DNA of 64,000 bases from Minisyncoccota bacterium (lineage in GTDB: Bacteria; Patescibacteriota; Minisyncoccia; Moranbacterales; GCA-2747515), in NCBI GenBank assembly GCA_937936355.1, contig CALDDM010000019.1:5517-69516 (forward strand), given 5' to 3'. Shown here piece by piece: positions 40,673 to 49,825 of the stretch. The translations under genes were made by a program, and so were the position numbers. Positions within the stretch are counted from its first letter, which is position 1. Each line of letters starts with the position of its first letter. A model generated the notes under the pieces. That model did not search any database. It had not been told where the DNA came from and saw only the letters and a list, made by a program, of their open reading frames with translations.

Positions 40673-41077
40673 CTACACTTCTTTCTTGTCGTCAGTCTTT
40701 TCTTCTGCCTTGTCATCTGCCTTGTCGTCAGCAGGAGCATCATCTTTCTCCCCCGCCTTCTCATCTGCTTTTTCCTCTTTTGGTGCTTCTTCCTCAGCAA
40801 CCTCTTCTTTCTTGTCAGGAAGTTTCACAGCACGCTTATCACCCTTGATCACATCCTTGCGTACGAGTAAGTTGTAGACACTGTCTGATGGCTGTGCACC
40901 CTTGCTGATCCAGTCTGTAATCTCATCTGTCTTGAGAACAGCTTCCTTGGTATGTGGGTCATAGCTTCCCACCACAGCAACGTGACGTCCTGTTGGTGCC
41001 TTGGTTTTTTCCTGTACAACAATACGGTATTGTTTGTGATTCTTACGGCCTACTGTTGCATAACGTATAACAAGCAT
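40673..41077 (-). CDS. rpsP: 30S ribosomal protein S16 with a charged (K/E/D/A) C-terminal extension
   Basis: MLVIRYATVGRKNHKQYRIVV..VGSYDP fits the S16 pattern. The last ~55 aa are low-complexity. Confidence 0.93.
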   Translation of the reverse strand: MLVIRYATVGRKNHKQYRIVVQEKTKAPTGRHVAVVGSYDPHTKEAVLKTDEITDWISKGAQPSDSVYNLLVRKDVIKGDKRAVKLPDKKEEVAEEEAPKEEKADEKAGEKDDAPADDKADDKAEEKTDDKKEV

Positions 41078-41149
41078 AAATTTCTTGATCGATATAATTA
41101 CGGATTGCCTATAGATGTACGCTATAGGAATCTGAGTACATGTAAAAGT

Positions 41150-41178
41150 ATCTTACAGTGAACGAGGCGTACTGTCAA
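41150..41178 (-). promoter_or_regulatory. rpsP promoter (TTGACA - 17 nt - TAAGAT)
   Basis: On the minus strand, TTGACA is at 41178-41173 and TAAGAT at 41155-41150. The leader contains a 7-bp hairpin, CCTATAG..CTATAGG, at 41108-41128. Confidence 0.5.
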
Positions 41179-41208
41179 GGAAATAAAGGTCAGTTGAAGC
41201 AGCAACAT

Positions 41209-42219
41209 CTACTCCTCGCGATCCGTCTCATCAACAATCTCACCAACAATCTCTTCTACGATATCCTCCAGCGTAATGAGTCCAACCAAATCATCCGGTG
41301 CACCGTCATCATGTACCGCAAACACATGTGCCTTGTCGCGTACCATCCAGCGGAAAATCCGCTCGATATTATCGGACTCCGCGATACGTGTGAGCGGCAA
41401 AACAAAGTCCCCCACAGGACGCTCCCGGTCATCAGAGTTAAGAACTTTCATCAAATCCTTCATATGGATATAGCCGATGATGTTGTCTTCATTCTTGCCA
41501 TCATGCACTGGGTAGCGCGTATACTGCTCATGCGAGACAAAATGCGCGATCTGCTCGACTGGTACCGCACCGGAAATCGCAACCACCTTGTACCACGGAG
41601 TCATGGTGTCGCGCACCTTTGTATCATCAAACTGAAAGATATTCTCGATCATCTCATGCTCACGATAATCAATCTTACCACTTTCCACGCCCAGTCGTGA
41701 CATCGTACGCACTTCTTCCTCTGTGACATTTTCCCGCGCATTCACATCATGCCCAAACCATCGTGCAAAAAACCTATTAAGTGCAATCAAGAGAATGACA
41801 ATCGGCAACAGAAGCAATCGCAAAAAATGCAGTGGCCACGCAGTTGCGCGTGCTACAGCGACATTTGCGCTATAGGCAAATGACTTGGGAATAATCTCAC
41901 CAAAGATCAGGATCATAAGCGTCGTAACACCCGTTGCAATACCCAGCGCACCAGAGTTGAAGTGCTCTGTCGCAACAACGGTAGCGTAAGAAGCTGTAAA
42001 AAGATTAACAATATTGTTCCCGATAAGAATCGTCACAAGAAGCTCTTGCGGACGACGCTTCAGACTCTCGATAATCTCTGCAGTCTTTTGCCCGCACCGC
42101 ACAGTACCACTTTTCATCAGACGCACCTTTGCCTGACTCAACGAAAAAAAGGCCGTCTCACTACTCGAGAAAAAGCCACTCAGAAAAATCAAAAATGTAA
42201 AAAGTATAATATCGATCAT
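41209..42219 (-). CDS. CNNM/DUF21 transmembrane domain plus CBS-pair protein (TlyC/CorC-related, lacking the CorC_HlyC domain)
   Basis: Four N-terminal TM helices with SSSETAFFSL, a CBS pair, and an end at the ..EDIVEEIVGEIVDETD linker. The start ATG overlaps the sortase stop (TAATG). Confidence 0.8.
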   Translation of the reverse strand: MIDIILFTFLIFLSGFFSSSETAFFSLSQAKVRLMKSGTVRCGQKTAEIIESLKRRPQELLVTILIGNNIVNLFTASYATVVATEHFNSGALGIATGVTTLMILIFGEIIPKSFAYSANVAVARATAWPLHFLRLLLLPIVILLIALNRFFARWFGHDVNARENVTEEEVRTMSRLGVESGKIDYREHEMIENIFQFDDTKVRDTMTPWYKVVAISGAVPVEQIAHFVSHEQYTRYPVHDGKNEDNIIGYIHMKDLMKVLNSDDRERPVGDFVLPLTRIAESDNIERIFRWMVRDKAHVFAVHDDGAPDDLVGLITLEDIVEEIVGEIVDETDREE

Positions 42220-43310
42220 TATGACGTTGTGTCATTTCGTGAGTCCTCATTATACACGATCGTAGCATCTTCACCAGATGCTGTCAGATACGCTTTAACC
42301 ATAATACGCCGATCAGCAGTGCCCAGAGGCCAACATGTTGTCAGCGTCAAAACACTTGATTGCGAGTCAGCAAAGATCCGCGCATCATCCGCCTCAACCT
42401 CCTCACTCAGACTCACCTCATAGACGTGGCGCACTTCACGACCACTCGCAAGGACTTCGCTCACGAGGATCCGATCACCAGGAACAACCTGGTTGAGATC
42501 GCGAAAGATTGTATTATAGCTCCCAGCAGACCACGAGTAATTACTACTATGCCCCGCAATGTAACTATTACCACGACGCCCAGGGATTGCCATGCCCGGA
42601 TAGTGAATGACACCACCTTGCAAATCACGTTGCAGCATTTCTTCTGTCGCATCTTGCGAAAGGATAACAGGTGCGTCGATATTGATCTTGTCGATGACGA
42701 TATGGTACCGCGCACGGATATCCCCTAGCTGATCAGGATCATAACCCTTACCAACCTCACGCCCATCGCTGTATCCATCCCCATCTGTATCAGGAACACG
42801 TGGATGCGTACCGTAGAGATACTCACCATGATTACTCAGACCGTCGCGATCTGTATCAACATCACCAGAGACATCCTCTTCTGTGTGAAGTTCATACGCC
42901 TCTTCCCAGAGATCCGGCAAACCATTAGCATTGACGTCAAGCTTGCCATCGCCAACAGGAGAATACCCTCCACTGACTTCTTGTCCATCGTTATACCCAT
43001 CCCCATCTGTATCAGGGTCAAGAGGATTCGTGAAATACTGGTACTCCTGCAAGAGCGTAAGTCCATCTCGATCGATATCACGGGCAGCATCCTCTTCACT
43101 GCGCACAGAGAGTCCATAGCGCTCCAGCCAAAACGGCGACACGCCAAAATGCCGCTCCTCCAGCTCACGAATCAACTCATGAGACGTTTCTGGTCGTGGC
43201 GTAAAAAAAGAAAAGACAGCACTCGCGCGACCAGAAAGCACGAGAAATGAAAGGAGAAAAATCCCCAAAAAAACGCTTGTTGTAACAAAAAAAGTCCTCA
43301 TATAGATCAA
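42219..43310 (-). CDS. Sortase-family transpeptidase with N-terminal thrombospondin type-3-like Ca-binding repeats
   Basis: Signal/anchor helix. D-x-D-x-D repeats DTDGDGYNDGQE, DTDRDGLSNHGE and DTDGDGYSDGRE. Sortase catalytic motifs YIAGHSS (His), LTLTTCWP (TLxTC Cys) and a downstream Arg. Confidence 0.8.
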   Translation of the reverse strand: MIYMRTFFVTTSVFLGIFLLSFLVLSGRASAVFSFFTPRPETSHELIRELEERHFGVSPFWLERYGLSVRSEEDAARDIDRDGLTLLQEYQYFTNPLDPDTDGDGYNDGQEVSGGYSPVGDGKLDVNANGLPDLWEEAYELHTEEDVSGDVDTDRDGLSNHGEYLYGTHPRVPDTDGDGYSDGREVGKGYDPDQLGDIRARYHIVIDKINIDAPVILSQDATEEMLQRDLQGGVIHYPGMAIPGRRGNSYIAGHSSNYSWSAGSYNTIFRDLNQVVPGDRILVSEVLASGREVRHVYEVSLSEEVEADDARIFADSQSSVLTLTTCWPLGTADRRIMVKAYLTASGEDATIVYNEDSRNDTTS

Positions 43311-43371
43311 ATGTCTTCATTGCTCCTAAGAATCATAAGATAGCACAATACACAATAAAAGTCAAAGGTAC

Positions 43372-43713
43372 TTATCCTGCAGACCGATCCAAAGAACTAA
43401 AGCGAAGATCATGCCGCAGTGCGTATGTGCGGAAGTCTGAAACTGTGCGCACAATTGCACCCTCTTCATTCTTCTCACAAAAAACCAGGACACGCTGAAT
43501 CAAGCCACGGTCAACAACATGCAGCGTGATGAATTTCTCATCATAGGAGACTTGCAGCGCTCTGCTGGCAGTTTTCTTGACGGTAATTTTGCCAGGTGAA
43601 CAACGACTTACATGCCCGAGTGTAAGCGCGTACCGCACAACATCATACGCAAGTGGAATCACACTTGAGTGATTTCCAGCGACACCCTTACCAGCGATAT
43701 GTTTTCTTTGCAT
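43372..43713 (-). CDS. Hypothetical protein between the LPXTG gene and the sortase gene
   Basis: 113-aa ORF on the same strand. No signal peptide and no recognisable motif. Confidence 0.45.
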   Translation of the reverse strand: MQRKHIAGKGVAGNHSSVIPLAYDVVRYALTLGHVSRCSPGKITVKKTASRALQVSYDEKFITLHVVDRGLIQRVLVFCEKNEEGAIVRTVSDFRTYALRHDLRFSSLDRSAG

Positions 43714-43747
43714 AAAGCTAGGTTACCACACAAAAACAAAAAAGCAG

Positions 43748-43774
43748 CTCTGGGAGCTGCTTTTGGAGAAAAGC
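43748..43774 (-). terminator. Rho-independent terminator after the LPXTG protein gene
   Basis: Minus strand reads GCAGCTC-cca-GAGCTGCTTTTTTGTTTTTG, beginning a few nt after the stop. Confidence 0.8.
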
Positions 43775-43775
43775 T

Positions 43776-45050
43776 CTAGTCCATCGGAATAATCGTCGCA
43801 GTCTTCTCACCCACACGACGTCGAATCATATACGTTGCAATACTTGCAAAAACAAGTGACGCAGATCCAGTAAGAGGTAGAGCAAGTGCTCCAGGACCTG
43901 TCTCTGGAGATGACTTTCCAGTGTGTGTTGACGACGTACACTGGTAACCAAAGTCTGCTTTACGATATTCTTCACCCTCATCAAGCTCGTACTTGTAGAT
44001 ATGATCAAGATCACCGTCTTTGTCATATGTAGCGTAACAAGAAGCATCCAATGTCTCAATCGCAACAATCACGCGGTATGTATCCTCACACAAGTCCTCA
44101 AACTTGTATCGTCCACGATAGTTTGTGCGATCAGTTTTGACCTTATCACCGTACTGAAGCTTAACCTTTACATCACTGATACCTTCTTCACCCTCGTCTT
44201 GCACACCATTTGCATTGCGGTCATTCCAGATTGTGTTACCAATCTCACCGTCACACTGGTCTACATCGCCCTGCGGCTCTACAACATCCGGCTCTACAAC
44301 TGGCACAGGAATCGTACACTGACGCGTACAGCCCTCCTCATCAGCGTTACCATCATCACACTGCTCTCCAGGCTCTTGGATACCATTACCACACACAGGA
44401 TCAAGAATACGGCGTTCAAGGCTACATGAAGCACTACAACCATCCCCCGAAGTTGTATTACCATCATCACACTGTTCTGCAGCGTCCACGACGTGGTCAC
44501 CACACACAGGCGCTACCACCACCTCATGTGGCACAAGCATCATACATGTTGGACTCACGCTTTGTGTCTTCCCTTCTTGGTATGAAGCTGCATGCATAAT
44601 CGAAAGACGATTAACATGAGACGCCAACTCAAGGCCCTCATCGGTAAGCGATGAAGCAAACGCATCATCAGCACCCTCTACAACATCCTTACTGTGTGAG
44701 CTCTGCGCAATCGCATTACCAGAGTTAAGGAAGTCTACAACAAACTGCTCTTGTGCCTGATCTTCTCCAGCGCGACCCTCATGACCATCATAAGCCTCAA
44801 GATAGAGATCATATGTACCAGCTGGGATTGCAACATCCATAGAAAATCCATGTGGCGCATAAGGAGCAAAAATACGACGCTCATCGGCACTTCCAGGGAA
44901 AACGATCACGATTGCGTCGCCATTCCCACTACTCAAATGACACGCAGCAGCTGGGTGTTGCTCTGTCGCAGAGACAGATGCCACATCAAAGACACCGATC
45001 AACAAGATCAAAGCGCTCATCATAAGTGATTTCTTTATCATTGCTTTCAT
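43776..45050 (-). CDS. LPXTG-anchored surface protein with cysteine-rich repeats and an SdrD-B-like domain
   Basis: Signal peptide [28 protein letters not shown]. Two CGxxxxxxxEQCDDGN..C repeats. [29 protein letters not shown] (SdrD B-like). C-terminal LPLTG (nt 43866-43880), then a hydrophobic stretch and RRR. ATG at 45050. Confidence 0.85.
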   Translation of the reverse strand: MKAMIKKSLMMSALILLIGVFDVASVSATEQHPAAACHLSSGNGDAIVIVFPGSADERRIFAPYAPHGFSMDVAIPAGTYDLYLEAYDGHEGRAGEDQAQEQFVVDFLNSGNAIAQSSHSKDVVEGADDAFASSLTDEGLELASHVNRLSIMHAASYQEGKTQSVSPTCMMLVPHEVVVAPVCGDHVVDAAEQCDDGNTTSGDGCSASCSLERRILDPVCGNGIQEPGEQCDDGNADEEGCTRQCTIPVPVVEPDVVEPQGDVDQCDGEIGNTIWNDRNANGVQDEGEEGISDVKVKLQYGDKVKTDRTNYRGRYKFEDLCEDTYRVIVAIETLDASCYATYDKDGDLDHIYKYELDEGEEYRKADFGYQCTSSTHTGKSSPETGPGALALPLTGSASLVFASIATYMIRRRVGEKTATIIPMD

Positions 45051-45391
45051 AATAAAACGATTAAATACTATGTGAAAATAGAAAGCCTTCTGCACACACA
45101 ATCATCATCATGAGTACAAAGACCATTCAAGATATCATAGCCAATAATTCCTGTCAACAAAACCATCCAACTGGGGATGGCTCTGATTATACAGGATCAT
45201 CCCTCTACGTCTTTGGCACGAGAATAATCGGCGCAAAGGCAGTAGAAAAGAAGATCAATACAAAAATAACTCTTTTCATAACAATAGTCTAATAAATAAA
45301 GCGACATAGGAATATATCACAATATAGACATATTGTCAACTATTAGAGATTATAGATTTTGATACGAAACGCAAAGTACTTCGGCAGTGCT

Positions 45392-45421
45392 AAAAAACCC
45401 CTCTCACAGAGAAGGGTTTTT
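45392..45421 (-). terminator. Rho-independent terminator after gap
   Basis: Minus strand reads AACCCTTCTC-tgt-GAGAGGGGTTTTTT, a 10-bp stem with one mismatch, followed by a T-run. Confidence 0.75.
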
Positions 45422-45437
45422 ATAAAAGCGCAGTTCG

Positions 45438-46439
45438 CTAGACAAGCTTACCCACAGTGACAGCCGTATCACACAGACGGTTTGCATAGCCCCACTCATT
45501 GTCATACCAAGCAAGCACTTTGACCATATTACCTCCAACAACCTTGGTAAAACTCATATCTGCAATACTTGAGCGTGCATCTCCAATGAAATCACTCGAA
45601 ACAAGCGGCTCATCTGTCACACCGAGGATGCCGTGCATTGGACCTGCTGCAGCCTGTTTGAGCGCGTCGTTAACATCTTGCACCGTCACATCCTTGGACA
45701 AGACAAAGGTAAAGTCCGCTAGGGACACGTCGATTGTTGGGACGCGAATTGCCATACCATCAAACTTCCCCACAAGCTCCGGAATAACCTTTGTTGTTGC
45801 GATTGCAGCACCAGTAGTAGTAGGGATCATGTTTTGTGCAGCCGCGCGTCCTTTACGAAGATCCTTCGCCGGACCGTCTTGCAATTTCTGCGTCGCAGTG
45901 TACGAATGCACAGTCGTCATCATGGCTTTCTCGATACCAAATGATTCTTGCATAACTTGTGCGACCGGTGAAATACAGTTCGTTGTACACGATGCATTTG
46001 AAACGACATCATGCGAATCTGCACTTGGCTCACGCACACCCATCACATGCGTCGAGATATTTTCATCATCTCCCTTTGCAGGGGCGCTCAAGATCACACG
46101 CTTTGCACCCGCATCAATATGGGCATATGCCGCCCCATCTTTGACAAAAAACCCTGTACATTCAAGCACAACATCAACCTCAAAAGTCTTCCACGGAAGC
46201 TCTGCAGGGTTCTTGTTAGAAAGAACAGGAATCTGCACACCATCAACTATAATCGCTTCTTCTGCAGCCTGAACAGACTTATCGTACTTACGAAAAATCG
46301 AATCGTACTTCAACAAGTGTGCCAGTGTATGGCTGTCCGTGAGATCATTAATTGCAACAACCTGCACATCATCACGTTCATTGAGAATCCGAAATGCAGC
46401 CCGTCCGATCCGTCCAAAACCATTAATTGCTATTTTCAT
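45438..46439 (-). CDS. gap: Glyceraldehyde-3-phosphate dehydrogenase
   Basis: MKIAINGFGRIGR and the active site SNASCTTNC. I chose the ATG at 46439 rather than the ORF-track start at 46541. Confidence 0.96.
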   Translation of the reverse strand: MKIAINGFGRIGRAAFRILNERDDVQVVAINDLTDSHTLAHLLKYDSIFRKYDKSVQAAEEAIIVDGVQIPVLSNKNPAELPWKTFEVDVVLECTGFFVKDGAAYAHIDAGAKRVILSAPAKGDDENISTHVMGVREPSADSHDVVSNASCTTNCISPVAQVMQESFGIEKAMMTTVHSYTATQKLQDGPAKDLRKGRAAAQNMIPTTTGAAIATTKVIPELVGKFDGMAIRVPTIDVSLADFTFVLSKDVTVQDVNDALKQAAAGPMHGILGVTDEPLVSSDFIGDARSSIADMSFTKVVGGNMVKVLAWYDNEWGYANRLCDTAVTVGKLV

Positions 46440-46547
46440 GCGAAAAATTCTTATTAAATTAGAGAAATGCCGTACAACTGGAATCCTTGCGCACAATCTA
46501 GAGTAAACACTGGATAAAAAGCCCAGAACCTTGTACCGCAACTCTCA

Positions 46548-47306
46548 TTATTTATTAAACATCTTTATCATTTGTACAAGGTTAGCCGGATCAAGACTTG
46601 CGCCACCAACCAAGACACCGTCAGCTGTAGACTCCGTAACAATCTGCTGGGCATTCTCTGTAGTTACGCTCCCACCATACAAAACCGGCAGAGACTTCGA
46701 CGCATCGCCCAGCACGCGTATAACCTCCTTCCTGATAACCAAGACGATCGTTTGAATATGATGTGTCGTCGGTGTCTTGCCCGTACCGATCGCCCACACT
46801 GGCTCATACGCAAAAGAAAGATTCTCGTGCTTATGCGCTGGCACAACGTCTGTGATAGCCTCAAGAATTGCAGCAACATCACTTTTTATTATGGATTCTT
46901 CATCCTGCCCCTCTGACAGAAATCCCACGCAGACAATCACATGCAGTCCACTGAGTAGTGCAGTCTGAACTTTCTTACAGACAGTCTCGAGCGACTCACC
47001 GGCTCCACGACGCTCACTATGCCCAATAATCACACACCCTACACCTAAACTCTTGAGAGCATTTGATGACGTCGAACCTGTATGTGCACCACGCAACTCG
47101 TGATGAGCATCCTGCGCACCGATCGTAAGTGCAGGGAGCTTCGTCACAAATTTTTCCAGATGAACGTGGGGAGGACAGACAAAAAGCGCAGAGCGCTGCT
47201 CGGACGTGAGTGACTGTGACAATTCATGCAGACGCTTCACATATTCGTCTCGCAGCCTGCATGTCTCAAGATGCATCTTGAGATTTCCAACAACATATGT
47301 ATTCAT
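46548..47306 (-). CDS. tpiA: Triosephosphate isomerase
   Basis: VVGNLKMH, IIGHSERR and YEPVWAIGTG. I chose the ATG at 47306; the ORF-track start at 47369 overlaps the upstream gene. Confidence 0.93.
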   Translation of the reverse strand: MNTYVVGNLKMHLETCRLRDEYVKRLHELSQSLTSEQRSALFVCPPHVHLEKFVTKLPALTIGAQDAHHELRGAHTGSTSSNALKSLGVGCVIIGHSERRGAGESLETVCKKVQTALLSGLHVIVCVGFLSEGQDEESIIKSDVAAILEAITDVVPAHKHENLSFAYEPVWAIGTGKTPTTHHIQTIVLVIRKEVIRVLGDASKSLPVLYGGSVTTENAQQIVTESTADGVLVGGASLDPANLVQMIKMFNK

Positions 47307-47313
47307 AGATCTT

Positions 47314-48378
47314 TTATCGTGAAGTACCAACAAACTCTCGCAAATACGCAGCAGCATCTTCTGGCGCAAGAGGGACGATATCTATATCCGTAGCAGCCTC
47401 AAAGCCTGTGTAGATATGTGTACGTGGCAAAACCTCAACATAGTAGCTAAAGTCAGGATAGTCCTGTCCGTTACATGGCGCCGTCCGTATGAAGTAATTA
47501 TAATCAGGATCATCAAGACCTTCATAAATCGCACCTAAAACTGTGCCAAGTGCATCAGCGAGGGAAATTTTTTCTTCGCGTGTAATACGCTCAAAATATG
47601 CCTGTGGCACTTTTGGTATAATCCGCACCTCATAGGCACACCGCGACGCAAATGGGCAATACGCGATAAAGTCATCATTCTCATAGATCACCCGGATCTT
47701 CTGCTCTGCCTCATACTGAGAGATCAGTGAAAAAAGGTGCATGCCGGACTGCTTCCGATAACGACTCACGACATCCAATTCGCGCATAATCGTACTTGCA
47801 ACAATCGGCAATGCAAGGATTTGAGAATGTGGATGCTTCAGCGTACTACCAGCACCTTTCCCATGGTTATGAAAGATGGTAATGCTTCGCACATCACGCT
47901 GTTTCATCAGTGTGAGATACCGCTCATGATAAGCATCAATCACCTCGGCAAGCTCCATCTGCGATAACAGGGCAAACGTCCGTCGCCCATCTCGTGTCAC
48001 GACGATCTCGTGTGCACCTGCAGCAACAAGGCCTGGGTATGGACCATCAGAGAGATCATCAAGTGAAGCGCCCGTCACAACGGGGAACTTGTTTGGCATC
48101 ACGCGCGTTGTCCACTCTCCCTCCGCATTGCGATAAATCAAAGTATCACGCTCTTGATCAACATCCCCCATCTGCGCAAGTGAGTCTGACCCTGCATCCT
48201 CCGTATCATACGACTCTTGTGTATAATCGTCAGATGCATAATCTCCTGGCTTGCGTCCCCGCGCTGCACTGACAAGCACCCACCGCTCACGTAAGAGATC
48301 ATAACGAAGTTCTCCATTTTCATACTGATCAGCTCCTACGACGCGTGAAGCATAGAGCTCATATATTTCTACATTCAT
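47314..48378 (-). CDS. galT: Galactose-1-phosphate uridylyltransferase-like nucleotidyltransferase (HIT superfamily, GalT branch)
   Basis: Active-site KHPHSQILALP (H-x-H-x-Q) and a two-half GalT architecture. I chose the ATG at 48378. The usual N-terminal CxxC zinc motif is absent. Confidence 0.7.
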   Translation of the reverse strand: MNVEIYELYASRVVGADQYENGELRYDLLRERWVLVSAARGRKPGDYASDDYTQESYDTEDAGSDSLAQMGDVDQERDTLIYRNAEGEWTTRVMPNKFPVVTGASLDDLSDGPYPGLVAAGAHEIVVTRDGRRTFALLSQMELAEVIDAYHERYLTLMKQRDVRSITIFHNHGKGAGSTLKHPHSQILALPIVASTIMRELDVVSRYRKQSGMHLFSLISQYEAEQKIRVIYENDDFIAYCPFASRCAYEVRIIPKVPQAYFERITREEKISLADALGTVLGAIYEGLDDPDYNYFIRTAPCNGQDYPDFSYYVEVLPRTHIYTGFEAATDIDIVPLAPEDAAAYLREFVGTSR

Positions 48379-48517
48379 ATCTTTATTTTGATGCCATGAT
48401 GGCAATTGATTTTTGTTTTGACAACCAAGGATATCTCTCGATGTAATGTGCAAGATAAAAAAATAAGCAAATTACACCAAAAGAGCGCACTCTGTTAAAA
48501 GTTCTTTCTATATTTTA

Positions 48518-49273
48518 TCACACATTTTCTTTAAGTTTATAGGAACCCAGCCATAGTCGCATACGCGTCCCAGCCAGATCCAAAAGAACCTGCCCAAAAC
48601 CATTAGGTCCAAAGAGTCCGCCAACAGTTGTCCCCTCTTCATGCTCCCATTGGACAGGCATCTGCGTGAGCGCATATCCACGCTTTTTGGCAAGAACAAT
48701 CATTTCAAAGTCATATGCAAAACGGTCGACAACCATACGCGGAACAACATCCTCTGTGACTGAGCGTCGAAGCACCTTGAACCCACACTGCGTATCCGGA
48801 AACGACCAAAGACCCAACACACTGCGAATGGCAAAGTTGCCCATTGTACCTAGCACCTCGCGATACAGAGGCTGACGCCGTGTAAGCGTCGCACCAACGA
48901 TGTCACGCGATCCTATGACAAAATCTGCACCCTCATCCATCAAATGCAATGCTTCATCGACATGTGTAATAGATGTAGAGCCATCAGCATCAAGGAAGAC
49001 GTGATAAGCGCCAGAAGCTGCAAGAAGACCTTGACGAACAACAGCGCCCTTACCACGATTAACGGGATTGTCTATAACACGAAAACGATCAATCTTACCT
49101 TCATACGTACGCACAAAATCTGAGGTACCATCATCAGAACCATCTATAACAACAATAACTTCATAAAGATAGTCTTGTGAACCCAAGTGACGGATAATCT
49201 CATCAAGATTGGCACCAATACGCTCCCGCTCCTTATATGCAGGAATCACTACAGATAGCTTTACTTCGGACAT
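48518..49273 (-). CDS. GT2 polyprenol-phosphate glycosyltransferase (dolichyl-phosphate glucosyl/mannosyl-transferase-like)
   Basis: LSVVIPAYKERERI, VIVVIDGSDDGT and FLDADGS (DxD). Confidence 0.8.
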   Translation of the reverse strand: MSEVKLSVVIPAYKERERIGANLDEIIRHLGSQDYLYEVIVVIDGSDDGTSDFVRTYEGKIDRFRVIDNPVNRGKGAVVRQGLLAASGAYHVFLDADGSTSITHVDEALHLMDEGADFVIGSRDIVGATLTRRQPLYREVLGTMGNFAIRSVLGLWSFPDTQCGFKVLRRSVTEDVVPRMVVDRFAYDFEMIVLAKKRGYALTQMPVQWEHEEGTTVGGLFGPNGFGQVLLDLAGTRMRLWLGSYKLKENV

Positions 49274-49434
49274 AAAATCAGTTTCGCAACGAAAGCGTAC
49301 CCCTCCCCAGAGACTGTCTCTAACTTATTACTTCGTATGTGCCATATTATGAGGCTATTATAGCACGAACAAAAAACTAGCCCACAGAGTAAACGGTGCG
49401 CAAGCCCCCGGTAAAATCTTCAGAGCAAAAATCA

Positions 49435-49818
49435 CTATCGATCAAGGAAGTCTTGCAGTATAACGCGAGCCGACTCAACATCATCGTCGAAGGAGCTCTT
49501 TCCAGCTTCGGTTAAATTTGCCTGCGCCTGCTTCGTAGAAAACATCTCCTCCACAGGTACTACAGGTAAGCCAGTGTGTTGGGTAAGTCGTTGCGCAAAC
49601 CGTTGTATCACATCAACATTGTCTGACTGAAAACGGTGGTGCGTTGTACCCAAAAGAAATGTCTGCGCAGAGTGCTTATCTGCAAAATCCGCAAGAGACC
49701 CAAAGATACTGCGATCATTTTCAAAAAAATCTCCAGAAAAAGCGATCTTCATCTGGTCATCACCAAAGGCAGTACCAATCTTACGCAAACCCCAATCAAT
49801 GGCTATGTAGGTCTTCAT
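49435..49818 (-). CDS. ruvX: YqgF/RuvX-family putative pre-16S rRNA nuclease / Holliday junction resolvase-like protein
   Basis: 127 aa with IAIDWGLRKIGTAFGD at the N-terminus. Confidence 0.8.
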   Translation of the reverse strand: MKTYIAIDWGLRKIGTAFGDDQMKIAFSGDFFENDRSIFGSLADFADKHSAQTFLLGTTHHRFQSDNVDVIQRFAQRLTQHTGLPVVPVEEMFSTKQAQANLTEAGKSSFDDDVESARVILQDFLDR

Positions 49819-49825
49819 CGATAAT

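Noticed and set aside
45110-45292. 60-aa plus-strand ORF upstream of the LPXTG gene
   Set aside because: It is short, has no RBS or motif, and lies in the promoter region of a minus-strand gene.
45499-46272. 257-aa plus-strand ORF
   Set aside because: It is antisense to gap, whose identity is unambiguous.
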